From: an uncultured Chloroflexia bacterium
Lineage (GTDB): Bacteria > Chloroflexota > Anaerolineae > CG2-30-64-16
Direction: 5' to 3'
Length of the DNA stretch: 64,000 nucleotides
NCBI GenBank assembly: GCA_963774265.1
Contig: CAVZDU010000002.1
Location: 320,001-384,000 of the forward strand
A model generated the notes under the pieces. That model had not been told where the DNA came from and ran no database searches. It saw only the letters and a program-made list of their open reading frames with translations. Below are positions 8,593-18,346 of this stretch, piece after piece. Positions within the stretch are counted from its first letter, which is position 1. Every line of letters starts with the position of its first letter. The translations under genes were made by a program, and so were the position numbers.

Positions 8593-11500
8593 ATGGCCTT
8601 CACGCATCTTGAAGTTCACTCGAACCTGACTCTCCTGGGCGCCACACCCTCCATTGATGCCCTGGCCGCCCGGGCATCCGCCGATGGCCTGACACACCTG
8701 GCCCTGACCGACACGAACGCGTTGTACGGCGCAGTCGCGTTTGCTCGGGCGTGCCGCAAACAGGGGATACAGCCGGTAATCGGAATGACCGTTAAATTGC
8801 AGCAGCCGATCATCGGGCCAGGGCAACTCCAACCCGGGGACGCTGGGCCGGGACATCTCGTGCTTCTCGCCAAAGATGCGGCCGGCTATCGATCTTTGTG
8901 CCGCCTCTCCACACTCATCCAGGGGCGTCCTGACCGGGAGACCATCGCAGCCGACGGGCTGGCATGGGAGCAGATCGCCGCGCATCGCGAAGGACTGATC
9001 TGCCTCAGCGGGGGTCGCATGGGCTGGGTGGATCGCTACCTGCGTGCAGGGGAGTTGTCGTCCGCGCTGGCTTTCGCCGGCCGCCTGGCCGGCACGTTTG
9101 ATGAAGATGCCTACCTGGCGCTTGAGCTGCACCAGCCGGGGGACATGACGCACGCGGCCGAAATCGCCGGGCTGGCGCGACGGCTCGGGATGCCGTTGGT
9201 TGCAGTCCAGCCGATTTATTGCCTGTCTGAGGAAGATGCGCCGCGTCTGCGCTTGCTGGCTGCGATTCGCGCAAACCGTCCTCTTGGCGAGCCAATCGAA
9301 GAGGAGGAAGACGGTGAGGAGGAAGGCGAGGCCAGTGGCGACTCAGCGGTTTGGACCACCGCTCCGATTCGGGCGCCGCATCAGGTTGTTCCCGGAAATC
9401 CGACCGAGGCGCGCCTGGACGTCCATTGGCTCAGCCCCGATGTGATGACCGCGCGCTTCAAGGCTTATGCCCGTGCATTGGACAACGCCGGCGAGATCGC
9501 GGGGCGCTGCAGCGAAGCTCTCCCCGACGGCCGACCGATCTGGCCCAGCCTGGAGCTCCCCAACGGACAGTCACCCACCGATGCACTGCGGGAGCTGGCC
9601 CAGGCTGGCCTCCTTCGGCGTTTCCCCGCCGAGCCGCCGAAAAACCGGCTGGAGAAAGAACTGGGCGCCATCGCACATCACGGTTTCTCGCCGCTCTTCC
9701 TCGTGGTCGCGGACATTGTCCGATTCGCCCGGGAACACGGCGTACCGGTCAGCACGCGCGGCAGCGTCGCCAACTCGCTGGTCGCCTACTGCACAGGTAT
9801 CACCACCGTCGATCCTGTCGAGCACGACTTGCTGTTCGAGCGATTTCTGAACCCGGCGCGCGCCAATCCGCCCGACATCGACCTTGATTTTTGCTCTGCC
9901 CGCCGCGATGAGATCCTACGCTACGTGCACGAGCGCTATGGCCCGGAGCACGTCGCACTCGTCTGCACGATCAGCACCATGCGCCCGCAATCTGCGGTGC
10001 GAGAAGTGGGAAAGGCATACGGTCTGCCCGACGCTATTATCGGCCGGCTGGCTGCCATGATGCCCGGCCGCTGGCACCCAGACCCCCGGCGACGTGACAA
10101 CCGGACGATCGAGGATGTCCTGCCCCAAATCGAGGATGCGCGGCAGCGCGAGGTTGTCCAGGCTGCGTGGGCTCTCGTCGGCACGCCCGATCACCTGAGC
10201 GTTCACCCCGGCGGGCTGGTCATCTCGCCCGGCCCAATGACCGACATTGCCCCACTCCAGTGGGCGCCAAAGGGCTTTCTGGTCACCCAGTACGAACATG
10301 GCGATGTGGAAACCATCGGACTGCCGAAACTCGACCTGCTCGGCATTCGCGCACTCAGCGTACTCGCGGACGCCGTGGAGATGATCCGCGCGAACCATGA
10401 CCCGTCTTTCGATCTCGAGGCCATCCCCCCGAACGATGCGAGGACTGGCGACCTGCTTAGCCGCGCTGAGACGATCGGCGTGTTTCAGTGCGAATCGGAG
10501 GGCGCGCAGCGGACCCTACGCAAGTTACGCGCCAGAAGCATACGCGACCTGGCCGTCGCGAATGCGTTCTTCAAACCAGGACCGGCGATGGGCGGCATGG
10601 CCGACACATTCGTCCGGCGCTATCGAGGGCAGGAGGCAGTCACGTTTCTCCACCCCGCTCTCAAGCCGATCCTGGGGCCGACCAAGGGCGTGTTGATCTT
10701 CCAGGAGCAGGTGCTGCGGCTGGCGACCGAAGTAGCAGGGCTGAGTTGGGCTCAAGCGGACCACCTGCGCCGCGGTATGAGCCACTTCGGCCACAACGAG
10801 ATCACGGCGCTGCAGGAGCAATTCACGGCCGGCTGTGTACGGCCCGCACCAGACGGTCCAGGCATGACCCAAACGCAGGCCACCCGGCTGTGGGAGCAGA
10901 TCGTGCCATTCTCCGGCTATGGGTTCAACCAGGGACATGCGACCGCGTACGCTGACGTGAGCTACCGTTGCGCATTTCTCAAAACCTACTACCCTGCCGA
11001 GTTCCTGGCCGCCCGGCTGCAGGATTATGGCGGGTTCTATCACCCGGCGGTCTACATGGCCGAGGCGACCAGGCTGGGCATTCCCGTCCACCCGCCCCAC
11101 ATTAACCACAGCGCCGTCAAATTCACTCTCGTCAGAGATCCCGCGCTGTACATGGGTCTCGGCCAGGTTCGTGATCTGCGCGACAGCGCTGCGCACGCCA
11201 TCGTCGCCGCGCGGGGGGATGGTCCTTACCAGGGTCTGCGCGACCTGCTCTTGCGGGTCGATCTCCAGCCGAAAGAGGTCGACCACCTGATCCGCTGCGG
11301 GGCTCTGGAAGGGCTGGGCGAGCGCACCAGCCTGCTGGCGGAGGCGGAGTTGCTGCGCAGGCGAGGTAGCGCCAGCCAGCTGGCATTCGATTTCGCGCAG
11401 CCGACTGCGACCCCGGAGACCCTCAGCCAGCGATGGGCATGGGAGCAGGAACTACTCGGCCTGCCGGTCATCGCACTGAGCAACCCGCTGGCGACCGTGA

Positions 11501-11763
11501 GTGATGTCCTGCCACCCCACACACCCCTGGCCGAGATCGTCACTGCCCCCGGCAAGAGCGTCGTTGCTGCGGGCGTGAGATTGCCCGGCTGGACTGGCGG
11601 GTCGAGCTTCCTCCTGGCCGACGGCGAGCGGTTCGTGCCCGTCAATATCGGCAAGGGGGGCAAAAATCCCCCGGCGTGGCGGCCGCTCATCGTGCGCGGT
11701 CGATGGATGGTGGACGAATGGGGGGGCGGAAGTTTGCAGGCTGCGCAGGTTGCACTGGCCTAG
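8593..11763 (+). CDS. dnaE: DNA polymerase III alpha subunit (DnaE, DnaE2-like length)
   Basis: PHP domain (HLEVHS, LALTD), 'RGSVANSLVAY', catalytic 'PPDIDLDF', 'SVHPGG', 'KLDLLG', 'YGFNQGHATAYA'. Confidence 0.92.
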   Translation: MAFTHLEVHSNLTLLGATPSIDALAARASADGLTHLALTDTNALYGAVAFARACRKQGIQPVIGMTVKLQQPIIGPGQLQPGDAGPGHLVLLAKDAAGYRSLCRLSTLIQGRPDRETIAADGLAWEQIAAHREGLICLSGGRMGWVDRYLRAGELSSALAFAGRLAGTFDEDAYLALELHQPGDMTHAAEIAGLARRLGMPLVAVQPIYCLSEEDAPRLRLLAAIRANRPLGEPIEEEEDGEEEGEASGDSAVWTTAPIRAPHQVVPGNPTEARLDVHWLSPDVMTARFKAYARALDNAGEIAGRCSEALPDGRPIWPSLELPNGQSPTDALRELAQAGLLRRFPAEPPKNRLEKELGAIAHHGFSPLFLVVADIVRFAREHGVPVSTRGSVANSLVAYCTGITTVDPVEHDLLFERFLNPARANPPDIDLDFCSARRDEILRYVHERYGPEHVALVCTISTMRPQSAVREVGKAYGLPDAIIGRLAAMMPGRWHPDPRRRDNRTIEDVLPQIEDARQREVVQAAWALVGTPDHLSVHPGGLVISPGPMTDIAPLQWAPKGFLVTQYEHGDVETIGLPKLDLLGIRALSVLADAVEMIRANHDPSFDLEAIPPNDARTGDLLSRAETIGVFQCESEGAQRTLRKLRARSIRDLAVANAFFKPGPAMGGMADTFVRRYRGQEAVTFLHPALKPILGPTKGVLIFQEQVLRLATEVAGLSWAQADHLRRGMSHFGHNEITALQEQFTAGCVRPAPDGPGMTQTQATRLWEQIVPFSGYGFNQGHATAYADVSYRCAFLKTYYPAEFLAARLQDYGGFYHPAVYMAEATRLGIPVHPPHINHSAVKFTLVRDPALYMGLGQVRDLRDSAAHAIVAARGDGPYQGLRDLLLRVDLQPKEVDHLIRCGALEGLGERTSLLAEAELLRRRGSASQLAFDFAQPTATPETLSQRWAWEQELLGLPVIALSNPLATVSDVLPPHTPLAEIVTAPGKSVVAAGVRLPGWTGGSSFLLADGERFVPVNIGKGGKNPPAWRPLIVRGRWMVDEWGGGSLQAAQVALA

Positions 11764-11769
11764 AGCCGT

Positions 11770-11798
11770 TTGACACGCCTTAACCCCGCGGCTATACT
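11770..11798 (+). promoter_or_regulatory. sigma70 promoter for MFS-ABM-ADH operon
   Basis: TTGACA-17 bp-TATACT. Confidence 0.7.
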
Positions 11799-11854
11799 CG
11801 TAGCCGTGCTGGATCCCACATGCCGGACAGAAGCGAAGACGGAGAACATCACGG

Positions 11855-13051
11855 GTGCCTAGCACCTCATCAGAACCACGATTCACTCCCAAGCTCGCAC
11901 CCATTCTCTACGGTGCGGTCGCGCTGTTCTTCTGGGCATCGCTTTACACCTATGTCCCGACGCTGCCTACGTATGCACGCACCTTCACCGATGATCTCGC
12001 CCTTGTCGGTTTGGTCATCGCCATGTACGGCCTGTGGCAGGCTGTGGTGCGTCTCCCACTTGGCATCGTGGCCGACTGGGTCGGCTGGCGCAAGCCTTTC
12101 ATCATTTTGGGCCTGGGGCTTTCCGCGGGCGGGGCTCTGCTCATGGGATCCGCCCACACTCCCACCGCGCTCCTGGTGGGCCGCTCGGTGACCGGCCTCG
12201 CCGCGGCGACCTGGGTGCCGCTGACCGTCATTTTCAGCGCACTCTATCCCCCCGAACAGGCAGTCCGCGCCACGACCGTCATGACGCTCATGTCAGCTAT
12301 CGCGCGCTCGATCGCCACCGCCGCGAATGGCCCGCTCAATACCATCGGCGGCTACCCGCTGGCCTTCACCGTGGCAGCGGTCATCGCCGGCCTTGCGCTC
12401 CTGTTGGTGATCCCTGCGCCGGAACAGCGTACGCCCGTTCAAGCGCCTACGTTAGGCCGCCTTTTTCAGCTCGTCACCCGTTTCGACGTGCTGGCGCCCG
12501 CGCTGCTGAACGCGCTGACCCAATACGTCGTTCTAGGCGTGTCGTTCGGATTTGTGCCGCTCCTCGCGCGAGAGCTAGGTGCAAGCGATCAGACGATCAG
12601 CCTGTTGACCGTCCTGCACCTGGCTGTGCTCACGCCGACAATCCTGGCCGTGGCATTCATGCTGAAGCGCTTTCGGCCGCGACCGCTCGTCATCATCAGC
12701 TTTGTGAGCCTGGCTGCCGGCGTGGGATGCGCTGGCCTGGCGAATGCTGTCTCCTGGCTCGTTGCATCGCAGGTGCTCGTGGGCATCAGCTATGGCATCG
12801 GCTACTCAATCCTGATGGGAATGAGTATCGAGTACGTCGAGAGTGCGGAACGCACCACGGCTATGGGGCTACACCAATCGGTTTACGCAATCGGCATGTT
12901 CGCCGGCCCGTGGCTGAGCGGCATCCTCGCGAATAGCGTGGGCATCCGGCCGATGTTCGGCCTGACAGCAGCCGGCACGTTGGTGATCGGCGTATTCGGC
13001 GCGGCAGTGACTACGCGCAGATCGCGGCCATTGAAGCCAGACATAGACTGA
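11855..13051 (+). CDS. MFS transporter
   Basis: About 12 TM segments; motif A-like '[11 protein letters not shown]'. Confidence 0.88.
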   Translation: MPSTSSEPRFTPKLAPILYGAVALFFWASLYTYVPTLPTYARTFTDDLALVGLVIAMYGLWQAVVRLPLGIVADWVGWRKPFIILGLGLSAGGALLMGSAHTPTALLVGRSVTGLAAATWVPLTVIFSALYPPEQAVRATTVMTLMSAIARSIATAANGPLNTIGGYPLAFTVAAVIAGLALLLVIPAPEQRTPVQAPTLGRLFQLVTRFDVLAPALLNALTQYVVLGVSFGFVPLLARELGASDQTISLLTVLHLAVLTPTILAVAFMLKRFRPRPLVIISFVSLAAGVGCAGLANAVSWLVASQVLVGISYGIGYSILMGMSIEYVESAERTTAMGLHQSVYAIGMFAGPWLSGILANSVGIRPMFGLTAAGTLVIGVFGAAVTTRRSRPLKPDID

Positions 13052-13083
13052 AAGCAGCATTTACCATGAAGAGGGAGGCTCAT

Positions 13084-13380
13084 ATGCAAGTCGTCTTCGT
13101 GCATGTCCAGGTCAAATCCGAGTCCGTCGACGCGTTCCGGGAGGCGTGCATCGACAACGCATCCAACAGTATTCAGGAACCGGGCGTCGCCCGCTTCGAC
13201 GTCGTGCAGAACGTGGATGATCCGACGCGTTTCGTGCTGATCGAGGCGTATCGCACGGCAGACGCGCCGGCCAGGCATAAGGAAACCGCACACTACAACC
13301 GGTGGCGCGACGCGGTAGCCGGCATGATGGCCGAGCCGCGCACCGCCGTGAAGTACGAGAGCATCTTCTTGCCCGATTGA
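13084..13380 (+). CDS. Antibiotic biosynthesis monooxygenase (ABM/LsrG-like) protein
   Basis: '[21 protein letters not shown]...H..TAHY..WRD'; ATG after GGGAGG. Confidence 0.85.
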   Translation: MQVVFVHVQVKSESVDAFREACIDNASNSIQEPGVARFDVVQNVDDPTRFVLIEAYRTADAPARHKETAHYNRWRDAVAGMMAEPRTAVKYESIFLPD

Positions 13381-13391
13381 AGAGGACGATC

Positions 13392-14546
13392 ATGCGGTTT
13401 GAATTTGCTACAGCCGGACGGATCATCTTCGGTCCGGGCGCACTTAAGGAAATCGGCTCGCTGGCTGCGGCGATGGGCCGCCGCGCGCTCGTGACCACCG
13501 GCCAGGAGTCCGGGCGCTTCGAGCCGCTGATCCGGCTGTTGGCGGCGGCCGGCATCGAAGCGGTCACCTTCAGAGTAGCTGGCGAACCGACGACAGACCT
13601 GGCAGCCGCGGGCGCGCGGCTCGCGATCGAAGCACACGCGCAACTCGTTATCGGCTTCGGAGGCGGCAGCGCTCTGGATGCCGCCAAGGCGATCGCGGCA
13701 CTGGCCGCTAACAGTAGCGATCCCCTGGACTATCTCGAGGTGGTTGGCCGCGGACAGGCGCTGACCAAGCCAGCGCTGCCAACAATTGCGATTCCAACCA
13801 CTGCCGGCACCGGGACAGAGGTCACGCGCAACGCAGTGCTTCTCTCACCCGAGCACGCGGTCAAGGCGAGCCTCCGCAGTTCGAGCATGCTGCCTCGGCT
13901 GGCCCTGGTGGATCCTGAGCTCACCTACTCGTTGCCTCCGCATGTAACCGCAAGCACCGGGCTCGACGCGCTCACGCAACTGATCGAGCCATTCACCTCC
14001 AGCCGTGCCAACCCCATAACCGACGCCTTGTGCCGGGAAGGCATGGTCCGCGTGGCGCGCTCGTTACGCCGCGCTTTCAGCCAGGGTCATGACACGACCG
14101 CGCGGGAGGATATGGCGCTGGCCAGCCTGATGGGCGGGCTGGCGCTCGCGAACGCCGGCTTGGGAGTCGCGCATGGCTTTGCCGGCCCGGTGGGCGGCAC
14201 GTTCGGTGCTCCCCACGGCGCCGTGTGCGCTGCGCTTCTTCCTCACGTTATGTCAATAAATCTCCGCGCCCTCGCCCGTCGGAAGCCCGACAGTCCCGAG
14301 CTCGCACGGTACACTGAGGTCGCGCGGCTCTTGACGGGCAATCCTGACAGCCGCGCCGAGGACGGAGTCCGCTGGGTGCAGGGATTAGCGCACGACCTGG
14401 GCATACCCGCCCTGGGTGCGTACGGCATCAGCCAGGTGCATGTACCCGAATTGGTTCGAAAGGCTGCGGCCGCATCCAGCACGAAGGCTAACCCCATTGT
14501 ACTGACGCCAGAGGAATTGACCGAGATACTCCAGGCAGCCATGTAA
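13392..14546 (+). CDS. Iron-containing alcohol dehydrogenase
   Basis: 'GFGGGSALDAAK', 'IPTTAGTGTEVT', 'GLDALTQLIE', 'GLGVAHG', 'PHGAVCA'. Confidence 0.92.
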   Translation: MRFEFATAGRIIFGPGALKEIGSLAAAMGRRALVTTGQESGRFEPLIRLLAAAGIEAVTFRVAGEPTTDLAAAGARLAIEAHAQLVIGFGGGSALDAAKAIAALAANSSDPLDYLEVVGRGQALTKPALPTIAIPTTAGTGTEVTRNAVLLSPEHAVKASLRSSSMLPRLALVDPELTYSLPPHVTASTGLDALTQLIEPFTSSRANPITDALCREGMVRVARSLRRAFSQGHDTTAREDMALASLMGGLALANAGLGVAHGFAGPVGGTFGAPHGAVCAALLPHVMSINLRALARRKPDSPELARYTEVARLLTGNPDSRAEDGVRWVQGLAHDLGIPALGAYGISQVHVPELVRKAAAASSTKANPIVLTPEELTEILQAAM

Positions 14547-14581
14547 CCGCAGTCCCTTTGTCACGAGCTCCCGCCACGCTT

Positions 14582-14614
14582 GCGCTCTCATCGTCCGTGA
14601 TGAGAGCGCTTTTT
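14582..14614 (+). terminator. Rho-independent terminator
   Basis: gcgctctcat-cgtccgtg-atgagagcgc followed by TTTTT. Confidence 0.75.
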
Positions 14615-14632
14615 GTTCACAACCCAAAACGT

Positions 14633-14661
14633 GGAACCAAAACATCACCCTGAGCGTTCTA
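14633..14661 (+). promoter_or_regulatory. Putative ECF sigma promoter
   Basis: GGAACC-16 bp-CGTTCTA upstream of the HEAT/BNR gene. Confidence 0.45.
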
Positions 14662-14752
14662 TACCTGTGCGGGCGAATGAGACTGTATTGACCCTGATCG
14701 TATTGACCTGTAGAGAGACGCAGTGAGAACCCCGCACAGGAGGAATTAGCAG

Positions 14753-16468
14753 ATGAAAACCAATTGGCTCCGAACTCTGGCGAACCGTCCTTCGATGCGC
14801 ATCGGCCTGGCCGTGATCCTGATCATCGTCGGGCTCGCACCGATCGGCGTCCCGATCCTATCCGACTCGTCCTGGCGAACGGCTTCCGGCCCCGCCGGTG
14901 AGATCGCGGCGCCCGTTGCCCCGCAGCCGCAGGCCTTCGTGTATCGCACAGGCGCACAGACTGAGAACCTCACGCATGTGGAACGCAGCGATGACGGCGG
15001 ACAGACCTGGTACGCAGTCGCAAGCATCCCTGCGCAGATTGCAGAACTGATAGCGACACCGGGCGACGAGCAGGTAGTCTACGGCCGCGGCGAAGATGCG
15101 GTATGGATGAGCCACGACGGCGGCGAAACGTGGACGCTCTCGGGGCGACTGCCCAGCCGGCCCTTGTCACTTGCGGTGACGAGCAAGGCGACCGGTGCGG
15201 TATTGGTCGGGACGGAGTCAGTCGGGCTGGCAATCAGCCGGGATGGCGGAGAGTCATGGCAGGTCGTCGATGATCCGACCCTGACCATGAGCGGGATGGC
15301 TCCGGTTGCGGTGACGGCCCTCAAGGTCAACCCCGAGGATGAGACCATTGTTTACGCGACCACAGCGGTATGGACCGGCACAAGCACGGCCCGGTTGACC
15401 CCTGTCGGCACATTTGTGAGCGTGGACGGCGGCCGGGTTTGGCTGCAGATGGACGCGCTGCCACTCAATGGCGCTGCCGGCACCGACATCAATCCGGTGA
15501 CGAACCAGCCATTGACGGTTCTCGTCGAAAACGGCCTGGGCATGCAGGCGCAAGAGTTGAAAGTGTCACCCGAGCTGATCGAAGAGCTGAATAGCTCAGA
15601 CGCAGCTGTACGGTCATCTGTCGCCCGGGCGTTGGGCCTGATGGGCGATCGCGCCGCAGTGCAACCGCTTCTGGCTCATCTGAATGATCCCGACGTCCTG
15701 GTTGGCGATCGCGTCGCTGAGGCACTGGGCCGTTTGGGCGATGTCAGCGCTGCCCCGGCGCTATTCACGGCGCTTGAGAGCGACCAGGAAGCCGTGCGGG
15801 CACGCGCTGCCTATGGTCTCGGGCTGCTGAAGCTTGAGGCGGCAGTGGAACTGCTGGCTGAGCGGCTCCGCACGGATAGTCCGATGGTGGCTCGTCGAGC
15901 GGCTGAAGCATTGGCGAGCATCGGCACACCCGATGCTATGGCTGCGCTCACGATTCCGCTGGCCGATACGGCGATAACGCCTGCGCGACATGCAGCGATG
16001 GCCGGGCTTGAGTTGGCCGGCAATCAGGCGGCGGGTGCGCTGGTCTCCGCGCTGAGCTCAGAAGATGCGTCGCTTCGCACGCACGCCGCGGAGATGTTGG
16101 GGTACATCAAGCCTGTCGATGCGGTCAGCCCACTGGCGGCCGCGCTCGAAGACGCTGAACCCGCCGTGCGGGCACAGGCAGCCTGGGCATTGGGCGAGAT
16201 CGCCAGCCCCGAGGCGCAAACCGCGTTGGCTCAAGCTGAAGCCCAAGCTGGCGACGACACGACAAAGACCGCGATTATCGCGGCTGAGCAGCGTGCCGAG
16301 CGGGCGACCCTGGGTCCTCGCCCGGTCGCAGCATTCGGCGATGGCTTCTTCAGCCAGTTGAGCAATGTGCCTGCCACGAGCTGGACATTCTTCGGCCTGT
16401 TCATGGTGCTGGCGTTGGCCTTGTTGCTCATGGCGCCACGCACGGAACCGATGCGCCCAAGTCGTTAG
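14753..16468 (+). CDS. Membrane-anchored protein: BNR/Asp-box propeller-like region plus HEAT repeats
   Basis: N-terminal TM; four SxDGGxxW boxes; multiple 'VR..AA.ALG.IG' HEAT/PBS repeats; C-terminal TM. Confidence 0.85.
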   Translation: MKTNWLRTLANRPSMRIGLAVILIIVGLAPIGVPILSDSSWRTASGPAGEIAAPVAPQPQAFVYRTGAQTENLTHVERSDDGGQTWYAVASIPAQIAELIATPGDEQVVYGRGEDAVWMSHDGGETWTLSGRLPSRPLSLAVTSKATGAVLVGTESVGLAISRDGGESWQVVDDPTLTMSGMAPVAVTALKVNPEDETIVYATTAVWTGTSTARLTPVGTFVSVDGGRVWLQMDALPLNGAAGTDINPVTNQPLTVLVENGLGMQAQELKVSPELIEELNSSDAAVRSSVARALGLMGDRAAVQPLLAHLNDPDVLVGDRVAEALGRLGDVSAAPALFTALESDQEAVRARAAYGLGLLKLEAAVELLAERLRTDSPMVARRAAEALASIGTPDAMAALTIPLADTAITPARHAAMAGLELAGNQAAGALVSALSSEDASLRTHAAEMLGYIKPVDAVSPLAAALEDAEPAVRAQAAWALGEIASPEAQTALAQAEAQAGDDTTKTAIIAAEQRAERATLGPRPVAAFGDGFFSQLSNVPATSWTFFGLFMVLALALLLMAPRTEPMRPSR

Positions 16469-16482
16469 GCGTCAACGGCAAA

Positions 16483-16513
16483 GAAAAGCCCGGACCAACC
16501 GTCCGGGCTTTTT
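16483..16513. terminator. Bidirectional terminator
   Basis: aaaagcccggac-caacc-gtccgggcttttt between convergent genes. Confidence 0.75.
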
Positions 16514-16517
16514 GATC

Positions 16518-17196
16518 TCAGGGCTTCGATTCGCCCTTCTTTCGCCTGAAGAGCCGCTCCTGCAAGAGGCGCAGTTCCTCCTCATTGCCGCCAATGATGA
16601 GTTTAGCCTGTTCGATCCAATCCGCGAAGCTGACGCGCTGCCATGCCTGCGGCTGAATGATCTCCTGCAGACGAGCCTCGCCGGCATTCACAAGTTCAGC
16701 AAACGTGTTTATCCCCGCCGCACGCAGCCTGCCGTCATACACCCGGCCGATTCCCTCTATACGCAATAGATCATCCTTTGCAGGCGTGCCGGAGGCTTGA
16801 AGAGGCGCGGGCGCCAGGGCTTCCAGAGCTTCTGAGGAAAATCGTCCGGTCGTTTCCGATATCTCAGCGCCAACTTGAGCGGGCTCATCGTGAACCTCAT
16901 CGGGAACCCCCGCCACCCGGTCGGATATTTGGGGCCAATCAACACGCTCAGCCTCCCCTTCCGCGTCCATACCGAGCGGGACATCGATCTCGCGGGGCTC
17001 AGCTGTGCCAGGCATGGCAGGTGACTCCACAACCCGCGGCAGGCTGCGGAACGGTCCACTCGACCGTGCGGCTGGGTGCAACGACATCGTCTGCGAGATT
17101 TGTGGTCTCCGAACGGCGGCGCCAGAGCAGATCGATCAGCCAGCCGAGAAGCAATCCGAGGATGACGCCGATCACGAGTGACAGCCAAGTGGTCAT
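16518..17196 (-). CDS. Membrane-anchored helix-hairpin-helix (DUF4332-like) protein, apparent frameshift near 17050
   Basis: N-terminal TM (MTTWLSLVIGVILG) in one frame; 'DDLLRIEGIG...L.AAGI.TF..L...WIEQA' in another. Confidence 0.7.
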
Positions 17197-17401
17197 GGAT
17201 GATCCTTTCTCCAGATTGGCCTTTAGCCGCGAATTACCGCAACAGCAGTTCAGACGTGTATGGTTGGACACGGGTCAGCTCCTCATCACCTCACGAGAAG
17301 TTACTGCAACCTTACGCAACAGTATACCACGACACGATCCCAGGAATGACACCAAATCCTCGCACGCGAGATATGGGACAGATCCCTGATGATGGCGAGT
17401 G

Positions 17402-18209
17402 TCATGTCCCCTTCGCCATCTGCGCGAGAGCCGTCTCTACCAACCCGTGGTAGCGCACCCACCGGTACTCCTCCGCAAACGGAACACCAATCTTGCGACC
17501 GATCTCTGCATCCTGGCTGCGCAGCCCCCACGCAAGCAAATCCGCCGGGCTATTAGCCGCTCCCACCGCCACCTTCTGGATATCCAGGCCCGCCATCGCA
17601 ACCTGGCTCAAGATGCCTTCCACGAGAAACACAACCTGTGAACGATGCTCGCTCACAGCCGCGATCTTCCGGTCGACAAAGGCGGTCGTGTCGATAATCT
17701 TGTTCGCTCCCGGGAGAGTCTCGCCGTAGAAGTACTTTTCCGCCACCAGGTGCGGTGGCAGGCCCTCATCGATGTGCTGAGGATAGGCGAGCGGCAGCTG
17801 GCTGCAGTTGATCGCCTCGATCGCCGCCCACGCGACCGCCCGGTGATCGGGGTGCGGCTCATATAGGGCGTAGGGGTCCAGTGCAAAAACGATATCAGGC
17901 CGAATCTCGCGAATCGCCCGCACGAACTTCTCGCGCAATACGCCCGGGGCCAGTGTGTCGAGCTCCATGTCGGGGAAGCCAAGCAGGATGGGTGGCTGCG
18001 CGCCCAAAGCCGCGGCCGCGCGACGCATCTCATCCGCCCGTGTCGCAGCCAGATCCTCCGCTCTCTTCGATAAACGAGCCCGTGCGGCCGTCCGTGGCCA
18101 CGACAATTTGCACGGTCGCACCCCCGGCAGCCAGCTTCGCCAGAGAGCCGCCGCAGTAGATCTCCGCGTCATCCGGATGCGGCGCCAGCACCAGCACGGT
18201 ATCAGGCAT
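17402..18209 (-). CDS. PIG-L family deacetylase, apparent frameshift near 18090
   Basis: N-terminal 'VLVLAPHPDDAE' from ATG 18209; downstream frame 'HPDHR', 'HRSQ'. Confidence 0.85.
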
Positions 18210-18346
18210 TACAGCCCCCTCACGTCAAAGAGTCGACCGTAGGATACGTTGTGTTCAGCACCCTGTCAAACACCTTGCGCGCGGGGTGAGCTTGGGGTAG
18301 AGTAGGGCATCAACCACTCCCCAAGAAAGGCTCAAGCAGACCGACA

